Shown here piece after piece: positions 39,038 through 48,847 of a stretch of DNA of 64,000 nucleotides (position 1 is its first letter; every line of letters starts with the position of its first letter). Under the pieces are notes generated by a model. The model was given only the letters and a program-made list of their open reading frames with translations. It was not told the origin of the DNA and made no database searches. The position numbers and the translations under genes were made by a program. Source of the DNA: Flavobacteriaceae bacterium (GTDB lineage Bacteria > Bacteroidota > Bacteroidia > Flavobacteriales_C > GCA-002722245); NCBI GenBank assembly GCA_964230605.1, contig CAXRIN010000083.1, positions 2,643-66,642 on the forward strand, written 5' to 3'.

Positions 39038-39045
39038 TACTTTTG
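39038..39045 (+). promoter_or_regulatory. candidate -7 promoter box TACTTTTG for the GH20 gene
   Basis: Perfect TAnnTTTG match 21 nt upstream of ATG 39067. It lies inside the track's GTG-started extension (39034). Confidence 0.4.
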
Positions 39046-39066
39046 CCGTCACTAAATTTTGATTTT

Positions 39067-41733
39067 ATGAATTTTTCATTTGTTAAAACAGCCCTTTTTT
39101 CAGCCTTATTGGCTTCTGCATCAATTTTAACTTCTTGCGATGGAGAAGTTAAAACGGAGCAAAATGTAGCAAGCATTAACAGACCAATTGGTTCTGAGCT
39201 TGATATTTTTTGGAATTTGGTTGAGAATGGTTACAAAAAGAAAAGTTCTTATTTGTCGGAGTTTATGATTACCAATAACTCTTCTAAAACATTAGATAGC
39301 ACTGGTTGGGCAATTTATTTCCATCAACCAAGAAGAGTTATTTTAGATGCTACTTCTGAAAATATTAAAATCACTCATGTGAATGGTGATTATTTCAGAT
39401 TAGAGCCTACTAAGTCTTTTCCTAAATTGAAAAGTGGTGAAGATGTTGTTGTTTCATTTGAAAGTGATGCATGGGCAATTAAAGAGGTAGATGCTCCAAA
39501 TGGTTTGTTTATTGTTTTTACAGACACAGCTGGAGTTGAGTCGAAACCAGAAGTTTTGTCAAATGTGACTTATAGTCCGTTTGAAAATCCAGAGCAGTAT
39601 AAAAGATTTAAGAATGATCCTATTGTTGAAACAAACAATCAAACAAGATTTGATTTTAATCAAACGCTTCAGTTTGGTGATAAAGAGGATTTAGTTAAAA
39701 TTATCCCAACTCCTGTAAAATATGAAGAGTCAGAGGGGGAATACACATTATCAAGTGGTTTAACAATTGGTTATGATTCAGCATTTGATGCTGAAGCAAC
39801 TTTTTTAGCAGAGAAACTTTTATCAGATGTTGGAATCAAAGCGGCTTTAAAAGCTGGAGCTGATGGAGATGTTGTTTTAAAGAAAGGCGATGTAAAAGTT
39901 AATGCAAGTTCAGAAGAAGCATATGGATTAGTTGTTTCTGGTAAAGGCGTTGAAATTCAAGCTGCTGATGCTGCTGGAGCATTTTATGGTGTTCAAAGTT
40001 TAAGAGCATTAATTCAAGCCAACGATTTATCAGCTAAATCTGGGTCGGCAAAAGTTCAATTCGTTGCTGTTGAAGATGCACCAAGATTTGGTTACAGAGG
40101 AATGCATTTAGATGTTGTAAGAAATTTCTCTAAAAAAGAAACAGTTTTGAATCTTATAGATTTTATGGCTTTTTACAAGTTGAATAAGTTTCATTTCCAC
40201 ATCACTGATGATGAAGGTTGGAGACTTGAAATTCCAGGTTTGCCAGAGTTAACTGAAGTTGGTTCAAGAAGAGGTTACTCAAAAGATGAGTCTGAAATGT
40301 TAAATCCAGCTTATGGTTCTGGTCCACATCCAGATGGAGAAAATTCTTACGGAACTGGTTTTTATTCAAAAGCTGATTTTATTGAAATTTTAAAATATGC
40401 TAAGGCTAGACATATTGAAGTGATACCAGAACTTGATTTTCCTGGTCACGCAAGGGCTGCAATTGTTTCAATGAAAGCTCGTCAAAAGAGATTAATTGCT
40501 GAAGGTAAAGAAGCGGAGGCTAATGAGTATATTTTACATGATCCAAATGATGCTTCAAGATACCGTTCTATTCAATTATATGATGACAACGTAATTTGTG
40601 TTTGTCAAGAGTCGACTTACAGCTTTTTATCAAAAGTAACCGACGAAGTTGTTAAGATGTACGAAGAGGCAGGGTTGAAATTGAAAAATGTTCATATTGG
40701 TGGAGATGAAGTTCCTCATCCAACTGCTGATGATCCTGATCACGGAGCTTGGAAAGGTTCCCCTAAATGTAACGCGCTTTTAGAGGCGGATGATGATTAT
40801 AAAACTTCGGAAGAGTTATTCTACTACTTCGTAGATAGATTCTCTAAAATCTTAGAAGATAGAAATATTGAAACTGGAGGTTGGGAAGAAATTGGATTAA
40901 GAAAAAGACAAGATGAAGAGGGGGATATCAGAGTAGATTTAAATGCCGATTTCCAAGAAAGAGGATTCACTCCTTATGTGTGGAATACAGTTTGGAGTTG
41001 GGGAGATGAAGATAGAGGGTATAAGTTAGCTAATGCTGGATTTAAGGTTGTGCTTTCAAATGTATCTAATAACTATTTTGATTTAGCTTATGATACTGAT
41101 CCTGCGGATCCAGGTTATTACTGGGGTGGATTTGTTGATACAAAAAAGGCTTGGGAATTTGCTCCGTTAAATGTTTATGCTGAGCCAATTACAAATAGAG
41201 AAGGTGTTAGATTAAATATTAAAGATGATTTTAAGAATCATACCAGATTAACGAAAGAAGGTGCAGCTAACATTAAAGGAATTCAAGGACAGTTATGGGC
41301 TGAAACAGTGAAAGGAAATGGTATGTTAGAGTATTATTTATTCCCAAAAATGTTAGGTCTTGTTGAAAGAGCATGGGCTCAATCTCCTGAGTGGGTTTCT
41401 ATTGAAGAAGATTCAATTAGATTTGAAACTTTAGAAATAGAATGGGCTGTTTTTGCTAGCAGAATCGGAAACTTCGAATTGCCAAGATTGACTTATATGA
41501 ATGGAGGTGTTAATTACCGTGTTGCTCCTCCAGGTGTTCAGGTGGTTGATGGTAAATTATATGTAAATTCAAATTACCCAGGAGTTCAGTTTGCATACAC
41601 AACTGATGGTTCTGAGCCAACTGTTAATTCTGCTAAATTTACTGAGCCGGTTGCCGTAACTGGAAAAGTGATTAAAGTGATTGCGTTCTATCCAAATGGA
41701 AAAGTTAGTAGGGCTGCAGTTGTGAAACTTTAA
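39067..41733 (+). CDS. GH20 beta-N-acetylhexosaminidase (chitobiase-like) lipoprotein
   Basis: Lipoprotein signal MNFSFVKTALFSALLASASILTSC. GH20 motifs are RGMHLDVVRNF, HFHITDDEGWR and the catalytic pair in VHIGGDEV. Confidence 0.9.
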   Translation: MNFSFVKTALFSALLASASILTSCDGEVKTEQNVASINRPIGSELDIFWNLVENGYKKKSSYLSEFMITNNSSKTLDSTGWAIYFHQPRRVILDATSENIKITHVNGDYFRLEPTKSFPKLKSGEDVVVSFESDAWAIKEVDAPNGLFIVFTDTAGVESKPEVLSNVTYSPFENPEQYKRFKNDPIVETNNQTRFDFNQTLQFGDKEDLVKIIPTPVKYEESEGEYTLSSGLTIGYDSAFDAEATFLAEKLLSDVGIKAALKAGADGDVVLKKGDVKVNASSEEAYGLVVSGKGVEIQAADAAGAFYGVQSLRALIQANDLSAKSGSAKVQFVAVEDAPRFGYRGMHLDVVRNFSKKETVLNLIDFMAFYKLNKFHFHITDDEGWRLEIPGLPELTEVGSRRGYSKDESEMLNPAYGSGPHPDGENSYGTGFYSKADFIEILKYAKARHIEVIPELDFPGHARAAIVSMKARQKRLIAEGKEAEANEYILHDPNDASRYRSIQLYDDNVICVCQESTYSFLSKVTDEVVKMYEEAGLKLKNVHIGGDEVPHPTADDPDHGAWKGSPKCNALLEADDDYKTSEELFYYFVDRFSKILEDRNIETGGWEEIGLRKRQDEEGDIRVDLNADFQERGFTPYVWNTVWSWGDEDRGYKLANAGFKVVLSNVSNNYFDLAYDTDPADPGYYWGGFVDTKKAWEFAPLNVYAEPITNREGVRLNIKDDFKNHTRLTKEGAANIKGIQGQLWAETVKGNGMLEYYLFPKMLGLVERAWAQSPEWVSIEEDSIRFETLEIEWAVFASRIGNFELPRLTYMNGGVNYRVAPPGVQVVDGKLYVNSNYPGVQFAYTTDGSEPTVNSAKFTEPVAVTGKVIKVIAFYPNGKVSRAAVVKL

Positions 41734-41755
41734 TTAACTAAGAAAATATAATTTT

Positions 41756-41786
41756 AAGGCTTTCTCAATGCGAGAAAGCCTTTTTT
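41756..41786 (+). terminator. rho-independent terminator
   Basis: aaggctttctc-aatgc-gagaaagcctt followed by tttt, 22 nt after the GH20 stop. Confidence 0.85.
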
Positions 41787-41793
41787 CTATCTC

Positions 41794-41873
41794 GTAGAGA
41801 CGTCCCGAGGGGCGTCTAAAAAATATTGTGTTTTGGTGATTTGTTTTTTAGACGCGCCACGGCACGTCTCTAC
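41794..41873. repeat. 80-bp GC-rich double-hairpin element, copy 2
   Basis: Sequence is gtagagacgtcccgaggggcgtcta-(AT-rich spacer)-tagacgcgccacggcacgtctctac. It has the same termini and hairpin modules as copy 1, and the spacer differs. Confidence 0.8.
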
Positions 41874-41875
41874 TA

Positions 41876-43717
41876 TTACCCAATCATAATGTGAGCATCT
41901 GGGTATTTGTAGTTGTTAGATTTAACTTGCTTACTTAATGCCATAATTAACATTAATGTTCCTAAACGTCCCGTAAACATTGAAATGGTTAGAATAATTA
42001 AGCCTAAATCCGAAAACTCTCCAGTAATTCCCATTGATAATCCAACTGTAGAGAAGGCACTAAATTCTTCGAAAACTAGTTGGAGGATATCCATTTTACC
42101 ACTTGCTAATGCATCCGATTCTGTAACAGTTAGCAAGAATATCCACAAGAATAAATTCACCAATGTGAAAAGCATTACTGCATAAGCTTTAATTAGAAGG
42201 TCATTAGCGATATTTTTCTTGTATAGCTCTGCATTTTTCTTTCCTCTTATTGTTGTGTATACAGAAACGAAAAGTAATGTAAATGTACTTGTTTTTATAC
42301 CACCCGCAGTTGAACTTGATGATCCACCTATAAACATTAATAAGAGCATTACAATAATGAAGGGGATGGTTAATGTTCCTGTGTCAATGGAGGCAAATCC
42401 TGCCGTTCTGTTTACAACTTGAAATCCTGCTGTTATTGTTTTTTCAATGAAGTTTTCCTCTGGTAGAAAAGTACCGGAAACCCATTCTGTTAAAAGGAAA
42501 CAAACAATACCGAAGATTAAAAGGTGAGTGTTACTCACCAAACCAACTCTTGATCCTATATCAAGCTTTTTCCATGGCTTAACCATTCTTTCTCTTAAGT
42601 CCTTAATGCTGATTACGTCTAAAATTGTAACAAATCCAAGCGCTCCCAAGAAGATAAGGACTCCCATCACACTTAATACAGGGTAGCAATGCGCAACAGC
42701 AGGGTTGGTGATTCCCCCTTCATAAAGAGATATTCCAGCATTGTTAAATGCACTAACTGAGTGGAATACAGAATAAAATAATCTATCGGAAAAAGTAGCA
42801 ACTTCTGGAGATTCAGGTAAAAGGAAAAACAAACAGACAGTTCCTACAAGTTCAATTAGAGTTGATATGATGAAGATTTTGGTAAATAATCCTTGGGCAC
42901 TTTGATAGTTTGATTTGTTTACAATGTCCTCAATAATATCGTGTTGTTTTACTCTAATTCCGAATCTGCTGAAAACAGCCATAAATATCCCAAATGCAAC
43001 AATGTTTAAGCCTCCAATTTTGATAAGAAACATCAAAACTAATTGCCCTTGAAAGGTGAAGAATTGGGAAGTTTCTTCAACCATTAGTCCTGTTACACAG
43101 GTTGCGCTTGCTGATGTAAAAAGAGCATCAACGAAATTCCAATCCGATCCAGCTAGAGGGTTGATCATTTCGGGCAACATTAACATTCCTGCGCCACCAA
43201 AAATAACTCCAGCAAAAATGATTATAAATAAAACTGCGGGGTTGATGGCAAAGTTAGCTAGGTTCAAATTTATTCTACCAACCTCTAAATAAGCTAAGAA
43301 TAATAAGTAGATCTGCATGAAAGTCACATACCATCCTTGAGGGTCTTCTGAACCAAAAAGTTCAAATACATTGTGCAATAAATCAGTGCCGAAGATGTAA
43401 TATCCAGACGCATCAATGAATAGCAAAACAAGCATTATTCCTTCATGCCATGAAGATTTTATGAATTCTCGAGCGTCAAAAGAATAGAGTATTCTAACTC
43501 CGTAACTAAATATGTAATATCCGAAAAGGCCTTTGAAATAAGAAACAAGCATTTCTCTCTCTGCTTCAGAGTGAGGGAAACCGTAATAATACACCATTAA
43601 TCCAAGTGCAAAGAACCCTACTAAAACAGAAATAGTTCTTAAAGCTCTAAGTGTGATGTTTTTGTTATTGTACAAAAACAGCTTAACACGCTCTTCAATA
43701 TTCCTAAACAATCCCAC
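41876..43717 (-). CDS. TrkH/KtrB-family cation (K+) transporter
   Basis: 613 aa, polytopic, with repeated pore-loop-like segments (TGL, NAGIS, GGSSSSTAGGIKT, STVGLS). Confidence 0.8.
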   Translation of the reverse strand: MGLFRNIEERVKLFLYNNKNITLRALRTISVLVGFFALGLMVYYYGFPHSEAEREMLVSYFKGLFGYYIFSYGVRILYSFDAREFIKSSWHEGIMLVLLFIDASGYYIFGTDLLHNVFELFGSEDPQGWYVTFMQIYLLFLAYLEVGRINLNLANFAINPAVLFIIIFAGVIFGGAGMLMLPEMINPLAGSDWNFVDALFTSASATCVTGLMVEETSQFFTFQGQLVLMFLIKIGGLNIVAFGIFMAVFSRFGIRVKQHDIIEDIVNKSNYQSAQGLFTKIFIISTLIELVGTVCLFFLLPESPEVATFSDRLFYSVFHSVSAFNNAGISLYEGGITNPAVAHCYPVLSVMGVLIFLGALGFVTILDVISIKDLRERMVKPWKKLDIGSRVGLVSNTHLLIFGIVCFLLTEWVSGTFLPEENFIEKTITAGFQVVNRTAGFASIDTGTLTIPFIIVMLLLMFIGGSSSSTAGGIKTSTFTLLFVSVYTTIRGKKNAELYKKNIANDLLIKAYAVMLFTLVNLFLWIFLLTVTESDALASGKMDILQLVFEEFSAFSTVGLSMGITGEFSDLGLIILTISMFTGRLGTLMLIMALSKQVKSNNYKYPDAHIMIG

Positions 43718-44712
43718 TATTCAGCTCTTTTTAGAAACTCGCTTTTTAATCTTTCTTTATTAATTGGAACAACACCAACTTCTTCGCAAACAAGACCACC
43801 TGCTAGATTTGATATAGTGACTAAATCCTTTCCTCTAACTCCTTTGCAAAATGCTAGGGAAGCTGTTGAAATTACAGTGTCACCAGCGCCAGATACATCA
43901 GAAATGTTTCTTATCTCAGCAGGTATATGAGTTTTCACATCCTTGTTGTAAAGCATAACCCCGTGCTCTGATAAAGTTACCATTACGTTTGCAATGTTTT
44001 GCTCATTACTAAACGATTCAGCGTGATTCATTAAAGCATCAATATCTCCTTTATTGATATCCTCTTTAAGCCCAACGGTAAATTCCTTGAAGTTTGGTTT
44101 AAAGAGGGTAGTGCCTTTGTAATTTAAGAAGTTGTCCTTTTTAGGGTCAACACAGCTTGGTATTCCTTTTTGATTAAGAAATTCAACTATGGATTGAATG
44201 TTTGATTCGTTAAGTAATCCTTTATCGTAGTCTTCAAAAATTACAACATCAACATTTTCTTGATCGACTATTTCTTTTACTCTCGATATTAATTCTTGTG
44301 AATCAGATTCTGAAATAGCTTCAAGAACTTCTTCATCCACTCTTAGCATATGATGGCTTGAGCTAATGATTCTTGTTTTGCAAGTCGTTAATCTTTCTTC
44401 ACTTTTTATTATTCCTTGATTGGATAATCCTTCTAGTTGAAGAACTTCTTCAAAAACTTTTCCTTTAATGTCATTACCGATAACACCGCATAAAATAGGT
44501 TTAGCACCTAGCGCTTGAATGTTTAAGGCAACATTTGCTGCACCACCTAATCTGTTTTCTCGCTTCTTAGCTTCAAAAACAGGTACGGGAGCCTCGGGAG
44601 AAATTCTATTTACATTTCCCCAGATGTAGGCATCTACCATAACATCACCAATTATTAAACAAGTTAAGTCGTTAAAGCTTTCGAAAAGTTTGTTAATCTC
44701 AGATTTCGTCAT
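43717..44712 (-). CDS. PfkB-family sugar kinase, RfaE/HldE domain I-like (D-glycero-D-manno-heptose phosphate kinase)
   Basis: 331 aa with IGDVMVDAYIWGNVNRISPEAPVPV, LGGAANVA and GAGDTV. Confidence 0.7.
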   Translation of the reverse strand: MTKSEINKLFESFNDLTCLIIGDVMVDAYIWGNVNRISPEAPVPVFEAKKRENRLGGAANVALNIQALGAKPILCGVIGNDIKGKVFEEVLQLEGLSNQGIIKSEERLTTCKTRIISSSHHMLRVDEEVLEAISESDSQELISRVKEIVDQENVDVVIFEDYDKGLLNESNIQSIVEFLNQKGIPSCVDPKKDNFLNYKGTTLFKPNFKEFTVGLKEDINKGDIDALMNHAESFSNEQNIANVMVTLSEHGVMLYNKDVKTHIPAEIRNISDVSGAGDTVISTASLAFCKGVRGKDLVTISNLAGGLVCEEVGVVPINKERLKSEFLKRAE

Positions 44713-44819
44713 AAAGAGAATAATTGAAGCAAATTTAGTTAAAATTAAGGACTAGCGCCTTGAATAATAAGTGAGTTTCCCTTTTTAACATAGTTCAATA
44801 ATATACTAACTTCGTGTAC

Positions 44820-45662
44820 ATGAATTTCTTCAGTGAAATAGCGCTCCCTATTGTACTTTTTATAATTATGATTGGTATTGGGTTAAGTACTCGATTGGAG
44901 GACTTTAAATCGCTTTGGAAGTTTCCCAAGGCTGCTATTCTCGGAATTCTTTCGCAATTAATTATACTTCCGCTGGTAGCTCTTTTTATTGGTTGGGTAT
45001 TCAATTACAATGATGATGTAACACTAGGTTTATTGTTACTTAGTTTGTGCCCGTCTGGTACAGGATCAAATATCATCACCAAAATGGTTAAAGGAAATTT
45101 AGCTTTATCTGTTTCTTTAACCACAATTAGTAGTTTTAAAAGTCTGATTACGATACCTCTCTTTTTAAATATTTTCTTTTTGGAGATGGATAAAGCAATA
45201 GAATTGGATTACTGGAGTATGATTTCACAAGTCTTCTTTTTAACAATTATTCCAACTTTAATTGGTGTTGTAATGGGAGAGAAGATTCCTAAACTTGTTG
45301 AAGGGACTAAAAAGACTTTAAAATGGTTGCTGCCAGGACTTTTGTTTGGTGTTTTTTTAGCAATAATGATATTTGATGAGCCTAAAAATCAAGATGTTGA
45401 TATTACAGAAATGATTATGCCGGCTATTCTAATCAATGTTGTTTCGATGCTTTCTTCTTTTGTTTTTGTGAAGTTGTTTAAAGTAGAAAAGCAGCAAGCA
45501 TTGGCTATTTCTATAGAAAGTGGATTAAAGAACAGTGCTATTGGATTAATGATAGCAACAACTTTTTTGAAAATAGGTACAGTAGAATTACTAATATTGG
45601 CTTACAGCTTTATTAGTTTTTATCTAACGCTGGGAATATCAATACTGCTAAGGAAGTGGTAA
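44820..45662 (+). CDS. bile acid:sodium symporter (BASS) family transporter
   Basis: Polytopic protein with BASS-like GLLLLSLCPSGTGSN and ESGLKNSAIGL motifs. The start is GTG 44814 or ATG 44820. Confidence 0.7.
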   Translation: MNFFSEIALPIVLFIIMIGIGLSTRLEDFKSLWKFPKAAILGILSQLIILPLVALFIGWVFNYNDDVTLGLLLLSLCPSGTGSNIITKMVKGNLALSVSLTTISSFKSLITIPLFLNIFFLEMDKAIELDYWSMISQVFFLTIIPTLIGVVMGEKIPKLVEGTKKTLKWLLPGLLFGVFLAIMIFDEPKNQDVDITEMIMPAILINVVSMLSSFVFVKLFKVEKQQALAISIESGLKNSAIGLMIATTFLKIGTVELLILAYSFISFYLTLGISILLRKW

Positions 45663-45669
45663 CGTGGAG

Positions 45670-46353
45670 TTATTTTGAAAACTCATCAACTTCTTGCTCT
45701 TCGTTGATTCCTGCAATTTTGTGGCGCTTACCAAATAAGTAAGTCTTGTTCTCATTGTTCTTTAGTAATCTCTGAATGTTCTTTTGATGAGTCACAACAA
45801 TTAAGATTGCCACAACAGATGAAAAGATGATTAAAGAGGTTACTTGAGTTTTAAAAACAAGAGAGATAAACAAAGGAAAAGCAATTCCTGCCAACATCGA
45901 ACCTAGAGAAACATATTTAGTAATTGTTAAAACAACCAAAAATATTCCTAAGCTGCATAAAGCTGCTTGAGGATGCACAGCTAATACAATTCCCAATAAA
46001 GTTGCAATTCCTTTTCCTCCACGGAAGCCAGCGAAAATAGGGAAGATGTGTCCTATAACGGCGCAAAATCCAAAAGCTAGTTTAAGGTTGGTGAATTGTG
46101 TTATTTCGTTTGAAAGGAAGTCAGCTTGAAACCAGACTAAGTTAACTGCAAGTGCTCCTTTAACTACATCCATCAGCAAAACAGGGATTCCTGCTTTTTT
46201 TCCAAGCACTCGGAAAGTGTTTGTTGCACCAGCATTTCCCGAACCATGTTCTCTTACATCAATTCCATGGAATGCTTTACCTATCCATACCGCTGAAGGA
46301 ATTGATCCTATTAGGTAAGCAACAAGTAGTAATGCAATAATAGTTATACTCAT
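45670..46353 (-). CDS. plsY: glycerol-3-phosphate acyltransferase PlsY
   Basis: 227 aa with GSGNAGATN and FRGGKGIAT motifs. Confidence 0.85.
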   Translation of the reverse strand: MSITIIALLLVAYLIGSIPSAVWIGKAFHGIDVREHGSGNAGATNTFRVLGKKAGIPVLLMDVVKGALAVNLVWFQADFLSNEITQFTNLKLAFGFCAVIGHIFPIFAGFRGGKGIATLLGIVLAVHPQAALCSLGIFLVVLTITKYVSLGSMLAGIAFPLFISLVFKTQVTSLIIFSSVVAILIVVTHQKNIQRLLKNNENKTYLFGKRHKIAGINEEQEVDEFSK

Positions 46354-46456
46354 AATCCTGTTTGAGTGGGTAAAAATATAAAAACGCTACTAGTTATTCA
46401 ATTCCTGACTTTAGATTTAATTAACATTAAGATTTAATAAGTTGAATAGGAATGGA

Positions 46457-48694
46457 TTATTCACTTTCGATACCAAAGTCATTCGTGAGTTTTAAAACCC
46501 TATCTGAAGTTTGAATTTGCTTGTCTATTAAGAATTTTTCAACAGCAGAGTTTGGTGTTTCTTCCGATAGCAGAGAAAATGGGATTAGGAAATCACATGT
46601 TTTTTTGAATTCAGAACAGCCAAAAGCCGATTTACCTTTCTTCATTTTTCCTTTTCCACATTTCGGACATGGAGCGTTTAAAGGTTTTTCAATTCTAACC
46701 TCAGTTTCAAAGTCACTTTTTAATAATGCAATTGTTTCATTTCCTTGAGCATCTTTTACCAGGGGTACTTTGCGCAGGTGAATTAGCTTGCTGGCCAGAT
46801 TTCCGTCAATTTTATATTTGTTTACTTCAAATGGTATGGTAAATGAGCAACCATTTAACCACTCTGTGCAGCCAAAAGCCGATTTACCTTTTACAATTTT
46901 TCCTACTTCACATCTTGGGCATTTTAACACGCTTGCATGCGGGTTAACCGCAGAAACTTCTTTTACAAGGTCATCAACAAGATGCCTCATGCCGTCAATG
47001 AATTCATCCGAGCTGTATTCGCCAGCTTCAATATCCTTCATCTTCTTTTCCCATTGTCCTGTTAATCTAGGGGATTTTAAGGTAGGGTTGTCTATTAACT
47101 GAATAAGTTTAATTCCGACTTCTGTAGGAAGAATGTTTTTTTTCTTTTTCTCAATGTACTTTCTTCTAAAAAGCGTCTCGATAATGTTTGCTCTAGTAGA
47201 AGGTCGGCCAATTCCGTTTTCCTTCATTAATTGTTTCAATTCTTCATCGTCTACTTCTTTTCCAGCTGTTTCCATAGCGCGCAACAATGTTGCTTCTGTG
47301 TATGGTTTTGGAGGAGAAGTTTTTTTATTGGCTAATGAAGGTTGGTGCGGCCCAGATTCACCTTTGTCAAAGTGTGGGAGAATTTTATCTTCTTTAGATG
47401 AAGATTGTTGAGATTGATAAACAACTCTCCAACCTTGATCTAATATTTGTTTTCCAGTGGCTTTAAATTTGTATTTATCCACTTTTGCTCCAACTGTAGT
47501 GTTTGAAACTTTACATTCGGGATAGAAAGCGGCAATAAACCTTCTTGAAATAATGTCATAAATTGCGGCTTCATTTCCTGCTACATTTGTTGCGTTAACT
47601 CCAGTAGGAATAATGGCGTGGTGATCAGTAACCTTATTGTCGTTAAACACTTTTGTGCTTTTTTTAATAGGTTTTTGAAGCAGAGGCTCAACGAGGTTTC
47701 TATACATTGGTAGCCCTTGAAGTATACCTTTAATTTTCGGGTACTGATCTTTAGGTAAGAAAACAGTGTCGACCCTAGGATATGAAACTAGTTTCTTTTC
47801 ATAAAGGGATTGAACAGTATTTAAAGTTTGTTCAGCACTTAAACCAAGTTTTTTGTTAGCTTCAACTTGTAAAGAGGTTAAATCGAAAAGGCTAGGAGGG
47901 TGTTCTTTTCCTTCTTTAATTTGAATTCCAGTTATTGTTAAAGGATGCTGAACCATTTCAGCTAGTAATTTGTCACCTTCTTCCTTCGTATCGATTTTAC
48001 CTTTTTCAAAGGTGAAAGTAGTCTCTTTATATTCGGTTTTGATTTCAAAGTAAATACTTGGAACAAAGTTTTTAATATCAAAATGGCGTTTTACAATCAT
48101 TGCCAGAGTAGGGGTTTGAACCCTTCCTACACTAAGTACTTGTTTGTTTTTTCCGAATTTTAGAGTAAACAGACGCGTTGCATTTATTCCATAAAGCCAA
48201 TCTGATATTGCTCTACTTTTCCCAGCTTCAAATAAAGGATCGAAATCACTACCGTTCATCAGGTTTTTAAAACCTGCTTTAATAGCTTCTTCAGTTAGCG
48301 ATGAAATCCATAGTCTTTTAATTGGAGCTTTGCAGCCAGCATGTTGAAGCACCCATCTTTGAATTAACTCTCCTTCTTGTCCGGCATCGCCACAGTTTAT
48401 GACTTCAGTAGCATTTTGGACAAGGTTTTTGATTTTGTTAAACTGATTTTCAACCCCAGAATCTTTAATGACTTTGATTTTAAATTCTTTAGGTTGAATA
48501 GGTAGGGCGTATAGATTCCATTTTCTATACCCTTCATCGTAATCCCCTGGTTCATTTAAGGTGCAAAGATGTCCAAATGTCCATGTTACTTGATAACCAT
48601 TCCCTTCGTAATAACCATCTCTTCGGGCAGTAGCTCCGATTATTTTGGCAATTTCTCCAGCAACACTGGGTTTCTCTGCAATACAAACCTTCAT
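46457..48694 (-). CDS. topB: DNA topoisomerase III with two C-terminal zinc-ribbon modules
   Basis: 745 aa with Toprim start MKVCIAEKPS, active-site Tyr context SYPRVDT, and duplicated CP(R/K)C...KGKSAFGC modules. Confidence 0.9.
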   Translation of the reverse strand: MKVCIAEKPSVAGEIAKIIGATARRDGYYEGNGYQVTWTFGHLCTLNEPGDYDEGYRKWNLYALPIQPKEFKIKVIKDSGVENQFNKIKNLVQNATEVINCGDAGQEGELIQRWVLQHAGCKAPIKRLWISSLTEEAIKAGFKNLMNGSDFDPLFEAGKSRAISDWLYGINATRLFTLKFGKNKQVLSVGRVQTPTLAMIVKRHFDIKNFVPSIYFEIKTEYKETTFTFEKGKIDTKEEGDKLLAEMVQHPLTITGIQIKEGKEHPPSLFDLTSLQVEANKKLGLSAEQTLNTVQSLYEKKLVSYPRVDTVFLPKDQYPKIKGILQGLPMYRNLVEPLLQKPIKKSTKVFNDNKVTDHHAIIPTGVNATNVAGNEAAIYDIISRRFIAAFYPECKVSNTTVGAKVDKYKFKATGKQILDQGWRVVYQSQQSSSKEDKILPHFDKGESGPHQPSLANKKTSPPKPYTEATLLRAMETAGKEVDDEELKQLMKENGIGRPSTRANIIETLFRRKYIEKKKKNILPTEVGIKLIQLIDNPTLKSPRLTGQWEKKMKDIEAGEYSSDEFIDGMRHLVDDLVKEVSAVNPHASVLKCPRCEVGKIVKGKSAFGCTEWLNGCSFTIPFEVNKYKIDGNLASKLIHLRKVPLVKDAQGNETIALLKSDFETEVRIEKPLNAPCPKCGKGKMKKGKSAFGCSEFKKTCDFLIPFSLLSEETPNSAVEKFLIDKQIQTSDRVLKLTNDFGIESE

Positions 48695-48794
48695 TAAATC
48701 TAAACTACGAGTTTAAAATCTAAAGTTTTAAGTTGGAGGTTTAAAGTTATCTACAGTTGTTAATTTCTGAACGATTTCAAAACCTTTAAAAGAA

Positions 48795-48825
48795 AAATCC
48801 CTTGAGATAACTTCTCAAGGGATTT
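48795..48825 (-). terminator. rho-independent terminator of the gat/aspS unit
   Basis: 13-bp stem aaatcccttgaga/tctcaagggattt with a 5-nt loop. The minus-strand downstream flank is tttcttttaaagg. It lies 22 nt after the fusion-gene stop. Confidence 0.85.
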
Positions 48826-48847
48826 AAATATTTGTTAGTGCGGAGAT

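Noticed and set aside
38874-39176. A 100-aa minus-strand ORF spanning the divergent promoter region between the epimerase and GH20 genes.
   Set aside because: It overlaps the 5' ends of two well-supported genes and a -7 promoter box, and its composition looks non-coding.
44795-45004. A 69-aa minus-strand ORF overlapping the start of the BASS transporter gene.
   Set aside because: It is antisense to a polytopic transporter gene that has family motifs. It has no features of its own.
46617-46891. A 23-bp exact direct repeat, cagccaaaagccgatttaccttt, at 46617-46639 and 46869-46891.
   Set aside because: Both copies lie in frame inside topB, 84 codons apart. They encode the KGKSAFGC segment of two duplicated C-terminal zinc-ribbon modules. 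This is a protein-domain duplication, not a mobile or regulatory repeat.
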